The notes under the pieces were generated by a model that was given only the letters and a program-made list of their open reading frames with translations, had not been told where the DNA came from and did no database searches. DNA of 64,000 nt from a virus. Lineage: Duplodnaviria; Caudoviricetes. The stretch covers positions 1 to 64,000 of IMG/VR virus record IMGVR_UViG_3300012979_000003, one strand, 5' to 3'. The position numbers and the translations under genes are program-made. Shown here piece by piece: positions 27,674-39,133 of this stretch; the first letter of the stretch is position 1; every line of letters starts with the position of its first letter.

Positions 27674-28410
27674 CACCGTTTGAATTTCAAGTAGCATTTG
27701 AGAGAGAATTAAACGTGTTTTACAAGGCGTTGGAAAAACCAACATCTGACACAACGTTTTATTGGCTCAACCAAGCTGTTGTAAAATTTGTTAAAACTAG
27801 ATACAGCGGTACAAATGCAAAAACAACATCGTTTGAACAAGACCAAAAACGAATTGATGATTTGCGAACATTGGTTACACGTAAGACATTTACTACTAAA
27901 GATAAAAGTGTTACATCATTGTATAGCAAAAATGAATATTCTATAGAACTTCCAGGAAATTATGTATTCTTGGTTGGAACTAGAGTTGGTATACTCCCCA
28001 GAACCGATGGATATAATAAACATTTATCGTGTTGGAATATTGACGACGATGGGAACGCAGTAATGCGATATGTGGATCCAATTGAGGTAACACATGACAC
28101 ATTGGACAGAGAATTAGAAAATTCTTTATCAGAACATCGTGTGCATTATTGTTCAGCGAAGCCATTGAAATTGTTGCGAGGAAATCGAATAACGTTTTAT
28201 ACTGATGACCATTACAGAGTAGACGAGGTACAACTAGAGTACATAAGAATGCCAAGAGCTATTACTTTAGTGTAGCCTTTTGTAAATTACTTAGAATTGC
28301 CAGAACATACCCATCAGGAAATCGTTAAATTGGCGGTTCAGATGTACTTAGAAAGTACTGCTGATCAAAGATACACTTCGTATTCCAACGAAGTAAATAC
28401 AATGGAATAA
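27670..28410 (+). CDS. Tail ring / head-tail connector protein 3
   Basis: MTPFEFQVAFERE...SFEQDQKRIDDL...(TAG 28273)...ELPEHTHQEIVKLAV. Confidence 0.78.
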
Positions 28411-28454
28411 TTAACCTGCGCCCTGGCCGTGGAAATTGACTAAAAATTAAAGCT

Positions 28455-29096
28455 ATGTCATATGCCGAACTGCTAAATTCAGATGTTAAGAAACTTAACA
28501 ACGTTGTTTATCTGATTTGCAACAAAACAAACAATAAAAAGTATGTTGGACAGACTTCAAAAACACTGGGTGATCGAATAGCTATGCATATCTGGCAAAG
28601 TAAAAATCAACGAGGTTATTTTCATAAAGCGTTGTCTAAATACGGAATTGAAAATTTCGATATACAGATCATAGACGTATGTGACAATAAAAGTAGTTTA
28701 AATGAACGAGAGATTTACTGGATAAACCATTTTGGATCCAATAATCGAGATCTCGGATATAATTTAACAAAAGGTGGTTCTGCTTATACACATGTATCTG
28801 TACCTAAGAAAGATTCAGATGCAACTAAACAAAAGAAATCAGAATCTGCAAAACGCAAATGGCAAGATCAAGAATATCGCAATCGATATAAACGTAGTAG
28901 AAAAGATTACATAAAAATCGCGCAATTGGACTTAAACGGTAATCTTGTAAACGTACACCCTACCATAACCGATGCTGAAAAGTATTTGTTTGGCAAACGA
29001 AATGATAAGCTTCGTATCAAACTTGTTGTTAAGAATATGGATTATTACTTGTGTAATGGGTTCATGTGGCAGTTGTATGATAAGTTTATAGTTTAA
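28455..29096 (+). CDS. GIY-YIG homing endonuclease
   Basis: VVYLICNKTNNKKYVGQT, GYN and a NUMOD-like C-terminus. Flanked by a perfect 13-bp inverted repeat. Confidence 0.88.
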   Translation: MSYAELLNSDVKKLNNVVYLICNKTNNKKYVGQTSKTLGDRIAMHIWQSKNQRGYFHKALSKYGIENFDIQIIDVCDNKSSLNEREIYWINHFGSNNRDLGYNLTKGGSAYTHVSVPKKDSDATKQKKSESAKRKWQDQEYRNRYKRSRKDYIKIAQLDLNGNLVNVHPTITDAEKYLFGKRNDKLRIKLVVKNMDYYLCNGFMWQLYDKFIV

Positions 29097-29165
29097 TTTT
29101 TAGTGGGAAAGTAGAAAGGGGTAATGATGGGCGCGATTTACATAACTTAATAAATATTATTTAAA

Positions 29166-30191
29166 ATGATTCAGAGAGTTGATACCGTATTGATCGGTAA
29201 ACAGATTGCATCCGCTACTGACATCGCTTCAATGGCTGAAGGTGACGTAGCAATCTTTAACGAAAATCGTATGCCTATCGCCGCAGCTGACGCTGCTGAC
29301 GCTACTACTTTGTATATCGGTGTTGCTGGTAAGGAAGTAGAAGCTGTTGATAAGGATGGTAACATCACCAAGACTCGTCTTGTTGATTTTTCAAACCCCA
29401 TTAAGAAAGATTCTAAACCCCGTATGCACGTAAGCGCACACGTAGAACCCATAGAAGAGGAGATTACTATTGATCTCGCTAACGCTACTGTGGTAGCTGG
29501 TCACCGTTATGTTCTTCGTATTGTTTACAAGGATATTGAAGGTGCACCCGGTCAGTTTACTCATACCTATGAGCACTACGCTACTAGCGATCAGGCTGCT
29601 GATCTGCTCGCAGCTTTGCTGAAAAAGATCAATAAGCACGCCAATCGTCGTGTTTCTGCTACTGTTAGTGGTACTACTATGACCTTGACTGCAATGGCTA
29701 AGACTGACAACGAAGGCGTAGATTCACTCAACGAGTATTCTATCGTTAATATGGAAGCTACCATGTATGAGACTGTACCTGGTCAGTTGCTGAGCAACAT
29801 CCCCGAGAGCTTTGGCGAAGAGATCGAAAAGACTCCTGCTACTCACGGTGTTGGTTATTGGAAGCAAGTTCGTGATCAGGAAGTTCGCAACATGGGCTAC
29901 AAAGGGTTGGTTTACACTGGCACATTCCCCGAGTTGAAACAGGATATGAAGACTGTTGAGGGTGCTGAGTACAATGTCATTACTATTGAAAATGACAACC
30001 TGTATTTGAGCAACGACAACCAGTATATCAAGACCACACCTATGGTTACTGAAGTATACGTTCCTGATGAAGATTATACTACAATTGCCACAGCTTTGAA
30101 GAATTTTGGCGTAGTTGAATTGAACGCTGACGCAAGTAACACAGATGGTACAAGTAACAGCGACCCAGATACAGGCGATACCCAGCTGTAA
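29166..30191 (+). CDS. Abundant structural protein (auxiliary capsid-protein-like)
   Basis: 341 aa with high-expression codon bias like the MCP and no TAG, followed by a terminator. Confidence 0.65.
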   Translation: MIQRVDTVLIGKQIASATDIASMAEGDVAIFNENRMPIAAADAADATTLYIGVAGKEVEAVDKDGNITKTRLVDFSNPIKKDSKPRMHVSAHVEPIEEEITIDLANATVVAGHRYVLRIVYKDIEGAPGQFTHTYEHYATSDQAADLLAALLKKINKHANRRVSATVSGTTMTLTAMAKTDNEGVDSLNEYSIVNMEATMYETVPGQLLSNIPESFGEEIEKTPATHGVGYWKQVRDQEVRNMGYKGLVYTGTFPELKQDMKTVEGAEYNVITIENDNLYLSNDNQYIKTTPMVTEVYVPDEDYTTIATALKNFGVVELNADASNTDGTSNSDPDTGDTQL

Positions 30192-30215
30192 TTTTAATTT
30201 CGTTTCATATTACCT

Positions 30216-30256
30216 AAGGGGTGCATTGGGTTTATCCCGTGCACCCTTTATTGTTT
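30216..30256 (+). terminator. Rho-independent terminator
   Basis: AAGGGGTGCA...TGCACCCTTT hairpin with a T-rich tail. Confidence 0.7.
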
Positions 30257-30261
30257 AATTC

Positions 30262-30819
30262 ATGAAAATAATTGATAAGTAGGTAAAAGAAAACACACTA
30301 ATTCTTGTGTTTGATTAGGCACTACCACCAGTAGGTAAAACGATAACAGTTGGCATAGATAATGCTGAAAATTACTATAAAAATAGTAAAGCGTTAAAAC
30401 ACGATCTACTGTATGAATCACCAGCAATTGTAGATGGGCAGATACACATAAATTTGCCAACTGATGTTTCAGCATTACTTATAATAACTGCATATATTGA
30501 TGGCACAAAGTGCACAGCAATGTTTTTAAACAGTTATATGCTATTTAAAGCTCAGAATAGGCATCTGTCTGTACGAAACTGTACTAAGTGCACTAACGAT
30601 ATGTGCCAAGATTGTAATGAAAAAAATTGGAGAACCGAAGCAATTGCAATACTGTTGAGAACTAGATTATTAGACTACGCGTATCAAAACGATTTGATGG
30701 ACGACGCGATTTGTTTTTATACTGGTATCGTTAGAGTGCTTGACATGGATGGCATAACATTTGAAAGTATTCCTGAGTTTCGTAATAATTTGAATAATTA
30801 TGTTGCACAGTTGTTGTAA
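30262..30819 (+). CDS. Tail-module hypothetical protein (2 in-frame TAGs)
   Basis: ATG 30262 is in frame with track ORF 30454. Contains a CxxC...CxxC cluster. Confidence 0.65.
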
Positions 30820-31483
30820 TCAAAATCACCATTGTGATTCTGGTTTACCATTTTGTTTACTCAAATCAGTGTTGTATGACGTTTGCAGTGTTTTGCACGA
30901 AGAGGACTTCTACTATAAGTACGCATACATACCGAAAGAACTACTTCCTGGAGGTACGGTAAATCATCCACATCCGGATGATCCGACACCAGATGAATAT
31001 TATCCGGTTATCCCTGAAGATACTCCAATTATTCCAGATAATCCAGACATAGATGATCCTGATAATCCTGACAATCCCGATAATCCGGACAACCCTGATA
31101 ACCCAGATAATCCAGATGCACCCATCAACAACGCAATCTACATCGGAACAATATCTATGCCCATTACAGGCATAAAAAGTTTTAAAGATGTAACCCAAGC
31201 CGATATAAAGAAGTTGACATCAGTTGCTGACGGCACTTATAACAAATACGAAATACAAGTGAACTCTTACGATCTTATCACAGTCGCTGTTCCAAGTAAT
31301 AGAAAAGTATATTGTGATGACGGGTTTGGTGGAAGAATCCCGTTTTACGTAGATATTGTCGATGCGTATGGTCAACCTTTTTATTGTAATGGGGACGTGA
31401 CTTTGACTATCGATAATGCAGTATATGCAATATACGGATTATTTACTGGAGCAGCAGGTACACTTTATATTTATATAGAATGA
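30800..31483 (+). CDS. Tail-module protein with an Asp-Asn-Pro linker
   Basis: 227-aa ORF with a (DNP)6 repeat. Confidence 0.7.
   Translation: MLHSCCNQNHHCDSGLPFCLLKSVLYDVCSVLHEEDFYYKYAYIPKELLPGGTVNHPHPDDPTPDEYYPVIPEDTPIIPDNPDIDDPDNPDNPDNPDNPDNPDNPDAPINNAIYIGTISMPITGIKSFKDVTQADIKKLTSVADGTYNKYEIQVNSYDLITVAVPSNRKVYCDDGFGGRIPFYVDIVDAYGQPFYCNGDVTLTIDNAVYAIYGLFTGAAGTLYIYIE
31061..31114 (+). repeat. Degenerate 9-bp tandem repeat encoding (DNP)6
   Basis: GAYAAYCCN repeated six times. Confidence 0.85.
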
Positions 31484-34137
31484 TGGATAAAATTATAATA
31501 AACGCCCCGTTACAAATAAATACCGAACAGGATGACGCATCATTGGATGCTAGAGAATTTGTTGAAACTGAGCAGGACATATATAATATTGAATGCCCTC
31601 ACGAAGGATTGATTGTGTATGTCAGGGATTCCAGTAAATTCTTTGTTGTAACCTCCGTAGGTGCTGCTGCAGTGAATGGTCAGTATGTTGGTAGAAAAGT
31701 GAAAGAATATAGGTTATTTCAGAGCAATGGTATTAACTATCGTGGGGAATTCACATTAGACAACCTACCTCAGAATCCTACAGATGGCGATTGGTATAGA
31801 AATACCACATATGGAAAAACATACATAATGCAAAACGGTGCATGGTGTTTGATGGCGCAAGATGGTGTAAACGGAATTAATGGAGATAAAGGCGACAAAG
31901 GTGAAACTGGTGATAAAGGTCAGAAAGGAGAAAAGGGTGAAAAGGGAGATCCTGGTGAAGACGCTCCGTATCAGGAATTCATTTATTTGTTGACCGATTG
32001 GAAAGCTGGAGAAAAAGATGTATCTCAAATACGTATGCCTGAATATACAAATGAAGAATACCAGCATGACGACTTTATAAATTTACTTTCCGAAAACAAA
32101 AGACACGGTTGGACAGATAGTCCAAGAGGTGTGAGTAGCGATATGCTGACAGAATGGGTTTCACACCGACGTAAAGCTAGTACAAACGGTATGACACAAT
32201 GGGGAGAATTAAGTTCTCCGGTACCTTGGTCAGTATGGGGAGTAAATGGTACAGATGGAGATGGTATTACATACATCTTTTGTAAATCCGCTAAAGAGCC
32301 TAATGAATTTTTAAAAACTGATTGGGGAACGATTTTGGTGTTTTCTGACGATGAAATATCTTCTGGAAAACATACACACATTGATGGAATACCAGAATCA
32401 GCAAAAGAAGCTGGTTGGACAGATAATCCAGAAAATACTGATTCTACAGACAGATTCATTTACGTTGCAATTCGCAGACGAATAACAAATGCTGAGGGTA
32501 TCGCCGAATGGCAAACGTATTTTACTACACCAACCCTTTGGGCAAGTTACGGATAGAAAGGTGATACGGGTGACCCGGGTCCTGAAGCAACTTTTGATTT
32601 TTATGAATTGCTACCGAGCGCATCCACAATTACCGCAACATTTGATCAAGCTACAAGTCGTATAACCAAAATATCCCCCACATCGTTGCGCGCAGATCTG
32701 AAAAAGATTACGCAATCTGGATCTTAGATTACGAATACCTTGGCAGATGCTGAATTAATCGTCTCTGCGTATACTTATGAAGAATCAGTAAGTGACGATA
32801 AAATATACAACTTAAGTGTTGCTGTACCAAGCATCGACTTATTGGAATGGTGGGGATATGAAATTCCTGCATACGTTGAAATGCAACTTAAATTGAATGG
32901 AACCGTATTTGATACCAAACGTATCCCAGTACAGTATTCATTTACTGGAGTTTCGGCAACAATGCCGGATTGGGTTGACGAATGGAATGACCCTAACTCA
33001 AAAGCTTAGTTTAACGGTCAAAACGTTTTAGCAGTACGAGCTTATATTGGTGATCAGCCAAAACCAAGTGAATTGTGGTCTGGTATATTGATTGGCAGTA
33101 GTATTGCATATGTTGACGGATTACATTGGGATGAAGATCCGATGAACACATATGATTTTTCGGGGATATTGGCAGTTAAGAATTTTGATCCCAATGTAGG
33201 GGACAACATCATTGGAGAAAATGATGCAGAAGTTTCATTTGCATTAGACGCCAAGACTGGAGATGCTTATTTCAACGGTATTGTGTATGCAACTGCTGGT
33301 GAGTTTAAAGGTACGGTGTATGCGACAGATGGTAAGTTTACTGGAGAGATTGAAGCTACATCCGGTAAGTTTGAGAATGGTGTCATCACCAACTCAACTG
33401 TAAGCAATCTCACTGTAAGCAATTCTTCAGATGATTATAATGTTATAATCGGAGGAGATCAAGCCGGTGACAGAGCATTTACAATAAATGGGGTAAACAT
33501 TCATGAGCGATTCCAATCTGCTGTAGTTACAGCTTATGCGCCCTTCGTACAAGAAGGTGATCTATTAGATTCGTCAGCAGATCTCGTACTCCCTGATGAT
33601 ACTTTGGACAGAGTGGAATTAGACTTCACAAATAAGACTGTCGACATTTACAATACAATTGCCAACGCAATAGCAAGAGATCCCTATTTTGTGGTTAAGA
33701 CTACAGAAGAACATCCCATACAAGGTATGGTGACCGTATATTATCCTGCAGAGGTTTCACAAAACGGAAGTTCATACGACGTAGGATTTAATCGTAAATC
33801 TATGTCACTGGCACCAATTGTAGAAATTAATTGTGATACTCAAGGTAAAACTGGATCAATTTCAGTTACGTCTTACGAAGCAGTCGATGGTATATATAGT
33901 AGAACTACTATGAATGGCGGTTCTTTTGCAGTAGAATACAATGAATCAGCTAGTTTCGGAGATTCTACTTCCATTTCGTCAGTAAGTATTGTTGACAACG
34001 GCATAAAGATTTTGGGAATCCCTACTTGCGCAACAACGCATACCCACAATTATGACAAGGGTGTGCTATATGTTGATGAAAATGGAGTTGTTAGAGTATC
34101 TAATGGAGAAGGTTCATATATAAAAGCAACAGTATAA
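31480..34137 (+). CDS. Tail fibre protein with collagen-like GXY repeats (885 aa, 3 TAGs)
   Basis: GDKGDKGETGDKGQKGEKGEKGDPG, duplicated GWTD-P domains and G(Q)KGDTGDPGP. Joins ORFs 31480, 32740 and 33073. Confidence 0.8.
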
Positions 34138-34138
34138 T

Positions 34139-34645
34139 ATGGTAGAATACTTAATAAACAGAGCTTATTAGCTTAACAATTAGATAAAATACAACCTACA
34201 GCAGTGCGAATTGGTCGCATTGCAGTGGTTGATCAAGGATTCTATAGCAGACTAGCTTACTGCTAGTATAGAACAGTCACGCAAGTATAAATTCAAAATA
34301 CGACCGTCCGAAATAACAATTTCACAACGAGGAGGTAGTACTTCAGCAATTGTTACATCAAATACTAATTGGAAAGCACCCACTACAGTTGATTGGAATG
34401 TTGGAAACGGGTAGATATCGATATCAGGGAACGGATACGGTAATGGATCGATTACGTTCGAATCTGCAGAAAATGATGAGATTGATAGAAAACAACAAGT
34501 GCCAATAACTGTCGGTGACTCCTCAGTTAATTACATTTTGGTAAAACAAAATGGGCTTCGCTAGCTATTTGAAACTAAAGACGGTGATTTTTTATTGGCC
34601 GATAACAAAAAACTTATAACATTAAAACATGACTTACAAGAGTAA
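34139..34645 (+). CDS. BACON-like domain tail protein (168 aa, 5 TAGs, absent from the ORF track)
   Basis: Hand translation: ...IVTSNTNWK...W..GNG(Q)ISISGNGYGNGSITFESAENDEIDRKQQV...VKQNG, similar to the N-terminus of 39134. Confidence 0.7.
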
Positions 34646-37600
34646 ATATACTGGCCAACAACTAGAAGCATTGTTGGATAAAGTTGCAGAAGGTTCTGAA
34701 AATACATCAGATGTAACCAGACATGAGTTTGATTTGGTTAAACAACAGTGTGATGGTAATAGTACAGATATTGTAGATTTGAACAACGAAATAGATGCTA
34801 TTTCAAACACTGTTGACGATATGACTGGCACCGTGGCGAATATAAAAAGTACTCTATCCGAACTTGAGTAGGAAATTGTCGATGAAACTACTAGAGCCAC
34901 TGGTGTTGAGGGACAATTGTAGCAATCTGTTTCCAACAATACCGAAACTATTGCAGCAACAACCTAGTCACTACAACAAGAGACACAGCGTGCAAAGGCA
35001 GCAGAAACTGCGTTGTCTTCTAGAATTGATAATCTTGTTATAGAAGGAGGTGGCACAGGAAGTGTTGAAGTTTTAGATACATTGGATTCAACGTCTACAA
35101 TCGCAGCATTGTCTGCAAATAAAGGTCGTGAGCTAAAAGAAACAATTGACGGATTTGGGGAAGCTTCAACAAAAGATGTAACTGATGTCATTTCTGAAAA
35201 TAGTCAGGAACTAATAACAAGCGGTGCCGTTTATACGGCAGTTAGCAATTTAGAAAACATTAACTCGAATATAGTTGACGCGTTCTCTACGCTTGGAATG
35301 TCAGAGGAATCCAAAACGGACGGCTATGAGATCGCACTGGTTAAATCAACGAATACGGCTGAGAAGACAAAGGTGAAAGTACCTGTCTTTGACGCTCAGA
35401 ATATGGCTAAGAATCCTGTGGGGCTTGTGAGTGAGAGTTTCGTCGATGCTATGGGCACAATGATGGACGGAAAGATTGAGACTGCTTTGGAGGGATTCAG
35501 TCCTGAAGGTGAAGGCAGCAATGTGACAATAGTTCAAGAGACAGGAGCATCTACAACTGACGTGATGTCTCAGAAGGCTGTTACAGATGCTATTAATAAT
35601 GAGAAGGAAAGAGCGGAAAGGATAGAGGGCAATTTATCTGACAGCATTGGCTCGCTTGGAACTACTGTTTCAAGCATAGGCAATGAGTTGATTAAAGAGA
35701 AAGCCCGTGCAGAAGAAGCGGAAAAGGGACTGTCTGACAGGATAGACAACCTTGTAGCAGGTGGAGGTGGCGAAAGTACAGAAGTGATAGATAATCTTAA
35801 TTCCACATCTACGACTGCTGCTCTATCGGCTAATCAGGGACGGGTATTGTCTGAGAAGATAGGTAATTGGAGTGCCAATGATTACGGTAATACAATTACT
35901 GAGAATCTAAGCACTATCAACAAGGCATTGGAAGATAGTGCGCCTGATGAAGTGCCAACAGAAGGAAGTACTTCTACTGTGATGAGTGGAGGTGTGTATC
36001 AGGCTATAGAAGAGACAGAGGGTTTAATTCCTGTCCCTGACGAAGAAGATGTGACCAAGACAGAGGATGGCAAGTTGAAGTTTGCAGATAGAGGCAATAC
36101 GACAGGAATGGGATATGTTATATTGAGAAAGGATAAGACGTTTGCCGAGCAGGTGAATAAAGAGAATACTATTTATGAAATCAGGTATGACTTTGTGATT
36201 GAAGGTTCGGTGACTATCCCTTCAGGTTGCATATTGAGATTCAACGGTGGTAGTCTTAGTGACGGGGCTATTACAAGTGATGGAACAATCTTTGAATTAC
36301 AGCTTCATTGCCTTAGAAATATATCGCTATTAGAGAAGAATGGCCAAGTAAATTACAACCCGATTGATGTCGATTCTGCTTTGCTGCAATATGCATTGAG
36401 AGGATTTATGACGTGGAATATTGTAGAAGATATTACAGTCAGCATGAGTGATATAGTTATGCACAACAACGCTGAAAATAAATGCAAATTAACAATAAAT
36501 GGCAATGGCCATAAGATTACATTCGCGAATGATGGATTAACGAGGCAGATATGTGATGTTGTAGAACTCAAGAATGTACACATCTATGCTGAGACAGAAG
36601 GTAAACAATATTATTGGTATGCGACGGGGCTAAGAGATAGATATAATTGTGAAGTTTATGCCGATAATTGTATCTTTGAAAACTTATACATTGGTGGAAC
36701 TTACAAATCGTTAAAATACAATGCTTGCAAATTTATAAATTGCTGGCAGATATATGGTCATAATGCAGAAGATGCTGATATGAATGGAGAATTAAGTATA
36801 GATTCATCAACCTTTGTTCTTGGCAGTATAAATCAAGATAATAAAGCGGCGATACAGATTTCGTATTTTGGCAAACTTGGGAGTGCGACAATAACAGGAT
36901 GCAAATTCATTGATGAATCGGAAGATAGAAGAAGTACAGATTGGGTAGATTGCTACAGTACCCAAAATCTCATAATTACAGGATGTACATTTCAGAGTTA
37001 CAACGTAGGTAGTGGTGAGGCTGTATTCGTCAATATTAAAGGCCATTCCGAAGCAGCTACATCAGGACAATCGAGCTGGTTAGACACGATTGGAGATACA
37101 TTCAATTATATTGTAAGCAACAATATTTTCAATATTGAGAGAAAAAAGGCTGAATATGTTAATATACCGTCATTGATTACAATTCAAAATTATCCGAGAT
37201 TGGAATCTGTGGCAGGTGAAGAATTTAACAGCAAAAGAAATGCTCAAATTGTGAATAATATAGTAAGAATAGCGGGCGAGTTTCCATATCCTCAGACAAA
37301 TTCAAATAACGGTGATGCCAAAGCTGTAACTGTATTCTCCATTGCAGATGGATTCAATGAGCTTATAATTTCGGGCAATACTGTGTTTGGAAATGTGCCA
37401 TTCAAAGAAATTGTTGTTGACGAATCAACAGGAGAAACATTTTCATTGTTTGAGCGTATCATTTTTATCGAAACATCAAGATACAACGGACCTATATATA
37501 AGCAGAGAGTTGAGAATATGGTTGTGAAGAACAATGCGATATTTGCGAAGAGTATGGCAGTTATGTTGATTCCATCTATGATATATTACAGCAATTTGAC

Positions 37601-37928
37601 AGACGAGGAGAAGAAGGAAGCCCTGAAGCCTGTACGGAATGTATTTGAAAATAATTATGTATTATCTGCGTCTTACAGAACTAATTTCAATTTGTCCACA
37701 ATACCAACGGCATTTGCAGATGAAAGTAACAAGTTTAAGGGTAATATCTATATAAGTGATAGCGATGGTTATACTATCGGAACTGCAAGCAAGCAGTTTA
37801 ACACCCTTAATAGGCAGGACAAAGACAGTTCTATTGTTCATGCCGTAGGTGATTGCCTATTTTCTGACGGAAAGCCTAAGTGGTGGTCAGGAAGTAAATG
37901 GGTGGATGCGACTGGTGCTGCTGTTTGA
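34629..37928 (+). CDS. Tail fibre/spike with a C-terminal parallel beta-helix (1099 aa)
   Basis: Joins ORFs 34629 and 35013 via 3 TAGs. Contains tail-fibre repeats (D.L.STST.AALSAN.GR.L), NTIYEIRYDF...IPSGCILRFNGGSL and a KPKWWSGSKWVDATG C-terminus. Confidence 0.8.
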
Positions 37929-38251
37929 TTTTAATATGGAAGCGTATGAATGACGTGCAAGAATACAAACTGAATGTCCATGTGGAGCCTATTGCGGGCT
38001 TCCACATGGATGAATTGGCAATTAAGTGTAAACTTTTTGTCTATCCAAACAAAACCGTTGAAGTAGGAAAGGAGACAATGGTAAAGGTGGATAAAGACAA
38101 CTATGTCATTCCACTGACAGCCGAGCTTGTGAAGAGAGTTGGGAGGGGGCAGTTGAAGGTCAAGGTAATTGCTGAGATTCCAGACAGTGATTTCCCTGAT
38201 AATTTGAGGACAGAAATAGCGGAAGTATGCACAGGTATTGTAATCAATTAA
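37898..38251 (+). CDS. Tail-associated protein
   Basis: ORF immediately after the spike gene. The start is probably MNDVQ. Confidence 0.6.
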   Translation: MGGCDWCCCLILIWKRMNDVQEYKLNVHVEPIAGFHMDELAIKCKLFVYPNKTVEVGKETMVKVDKDNYVIPLTAELVKRVGRGQLKVKVIAEIPDSDFPDNLRTEIAEVCTGIVIN

Positions 38252-38505
38252 AAGAAGGGTGTCTATCTGTCAAGGTGACACAGATTAGAGACCTTGTTGT
38301 GGCGAGAATAGAAGATGTAGGAGAGCATATACGGTGTAAGGCTACTGATGCTGCTGAACATCTGCAAGTATGTTGCAGCCTTGTATGTGGTGTCAATACT
38401 ACAGACAAGTATTTGAATGTTACTCCTACGGTGGTATGGCTTACTCCTGATATGCTATCAGGTGAGTTTAATATATATAGTAATACAGATTGGGATATTG
38501 TTTAA
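38227..38505 (+). CDS. Small protein with a partial BACON motif
   Basis: YLNVTPTVVWL...FNIYSNTDWDIV. Confidence 0.55.
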   Translation: MHRYCNQLKEGCLSVKVTQIRDLVVARIEDVGEHIRCKATDAAEHLQVCCSLVCGVNTTDKYLNVTPTVVWLTPDMLSGEFNIYSNTDWDIV

Positions 38506-38524
38506 CAAATAATAAAAAAAGAAT

Positions 38525-39127
38525 ATGGTAAAAGCAAGTTGGGCGGTGGTAAATCCGTCAAGTGGCAGTGGTAATAAGACGGTCAATGTGTCGTCAAGTT
38601 CTGAACATACTGGACGTAGTGCAAGAACAACTACGCTGACTATTACGGCGGCGAATGTTGATGCTAAGACAGTAACGGTAACACAGAGTGGTAAGCCTGT
38701 TTATACAGATGTGCAAGATTCTGCAAGTGCGGCTAAATCGGGTCAGAATGTGACTATTAGAGGTAAGGCTAACAGCCAGAAATTGACATTCTCGTTGGGA
38801 TCAGGAACACTTGCTGTTGAGCTACCATCAAGTTATACAGCAGGAGGTGTAAGCACCAATAATGGCACTAATATTACAGGAGACCCCGGAGCGACCGCAG
38901 AGTATGACTTCAGCATTGTGATAAATGTGCCTGAGAATGAGACTATCGAAGAACTTACGAGACAAATTATCGTCACTGATGAAGGTGGCAATTCTGACAC
39001 TTGTCTGTTGACTCAGGCTGTTGGTGATGCTACATTGTCTGTATCTAAGACAAGTATCGAACTTGATTACACTGGTGCTGCTGTGAGCTTCGACATTACA
39101 AGTAATACAAGTTGGACTATCAGCTAA
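38525..39127 (+). CDS. BACON (Ig-like) domain protein
   Basis: W.VVNPSSGSGNKTVNV...HTGRSARTTTLTI...VTVTQ and FDITSNTSWTIS. Confidence 0.8.
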   Translation: MVKASWAVVNPSSGSGNKTVNVSSSSEHTGRSARTTTLTITAANVDAKTVTVTQSGKPVYTDVQDSASAAKSGQNVTIRGKANSQKLTFSLGSGTLAVELPSSYTAGGVSTNNGTNITGDPGATAEYDFSIVINVPENETIEELTRQIIVTDEGGNSDTCLLTQAVGDATLSVSKTSIELDYTGAAVSFDITSNTSWTIS

Positions 39128-39133
39128 TAGCCT

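Noticed and set aside
31061-31114. CRISPR-like or regulatory tandem repeat
   Set aside because: The 9-bp units vary at third codon positions and encode a DNP linker. There are no spacers, and no CRISPR array was seen anywhere in the window.
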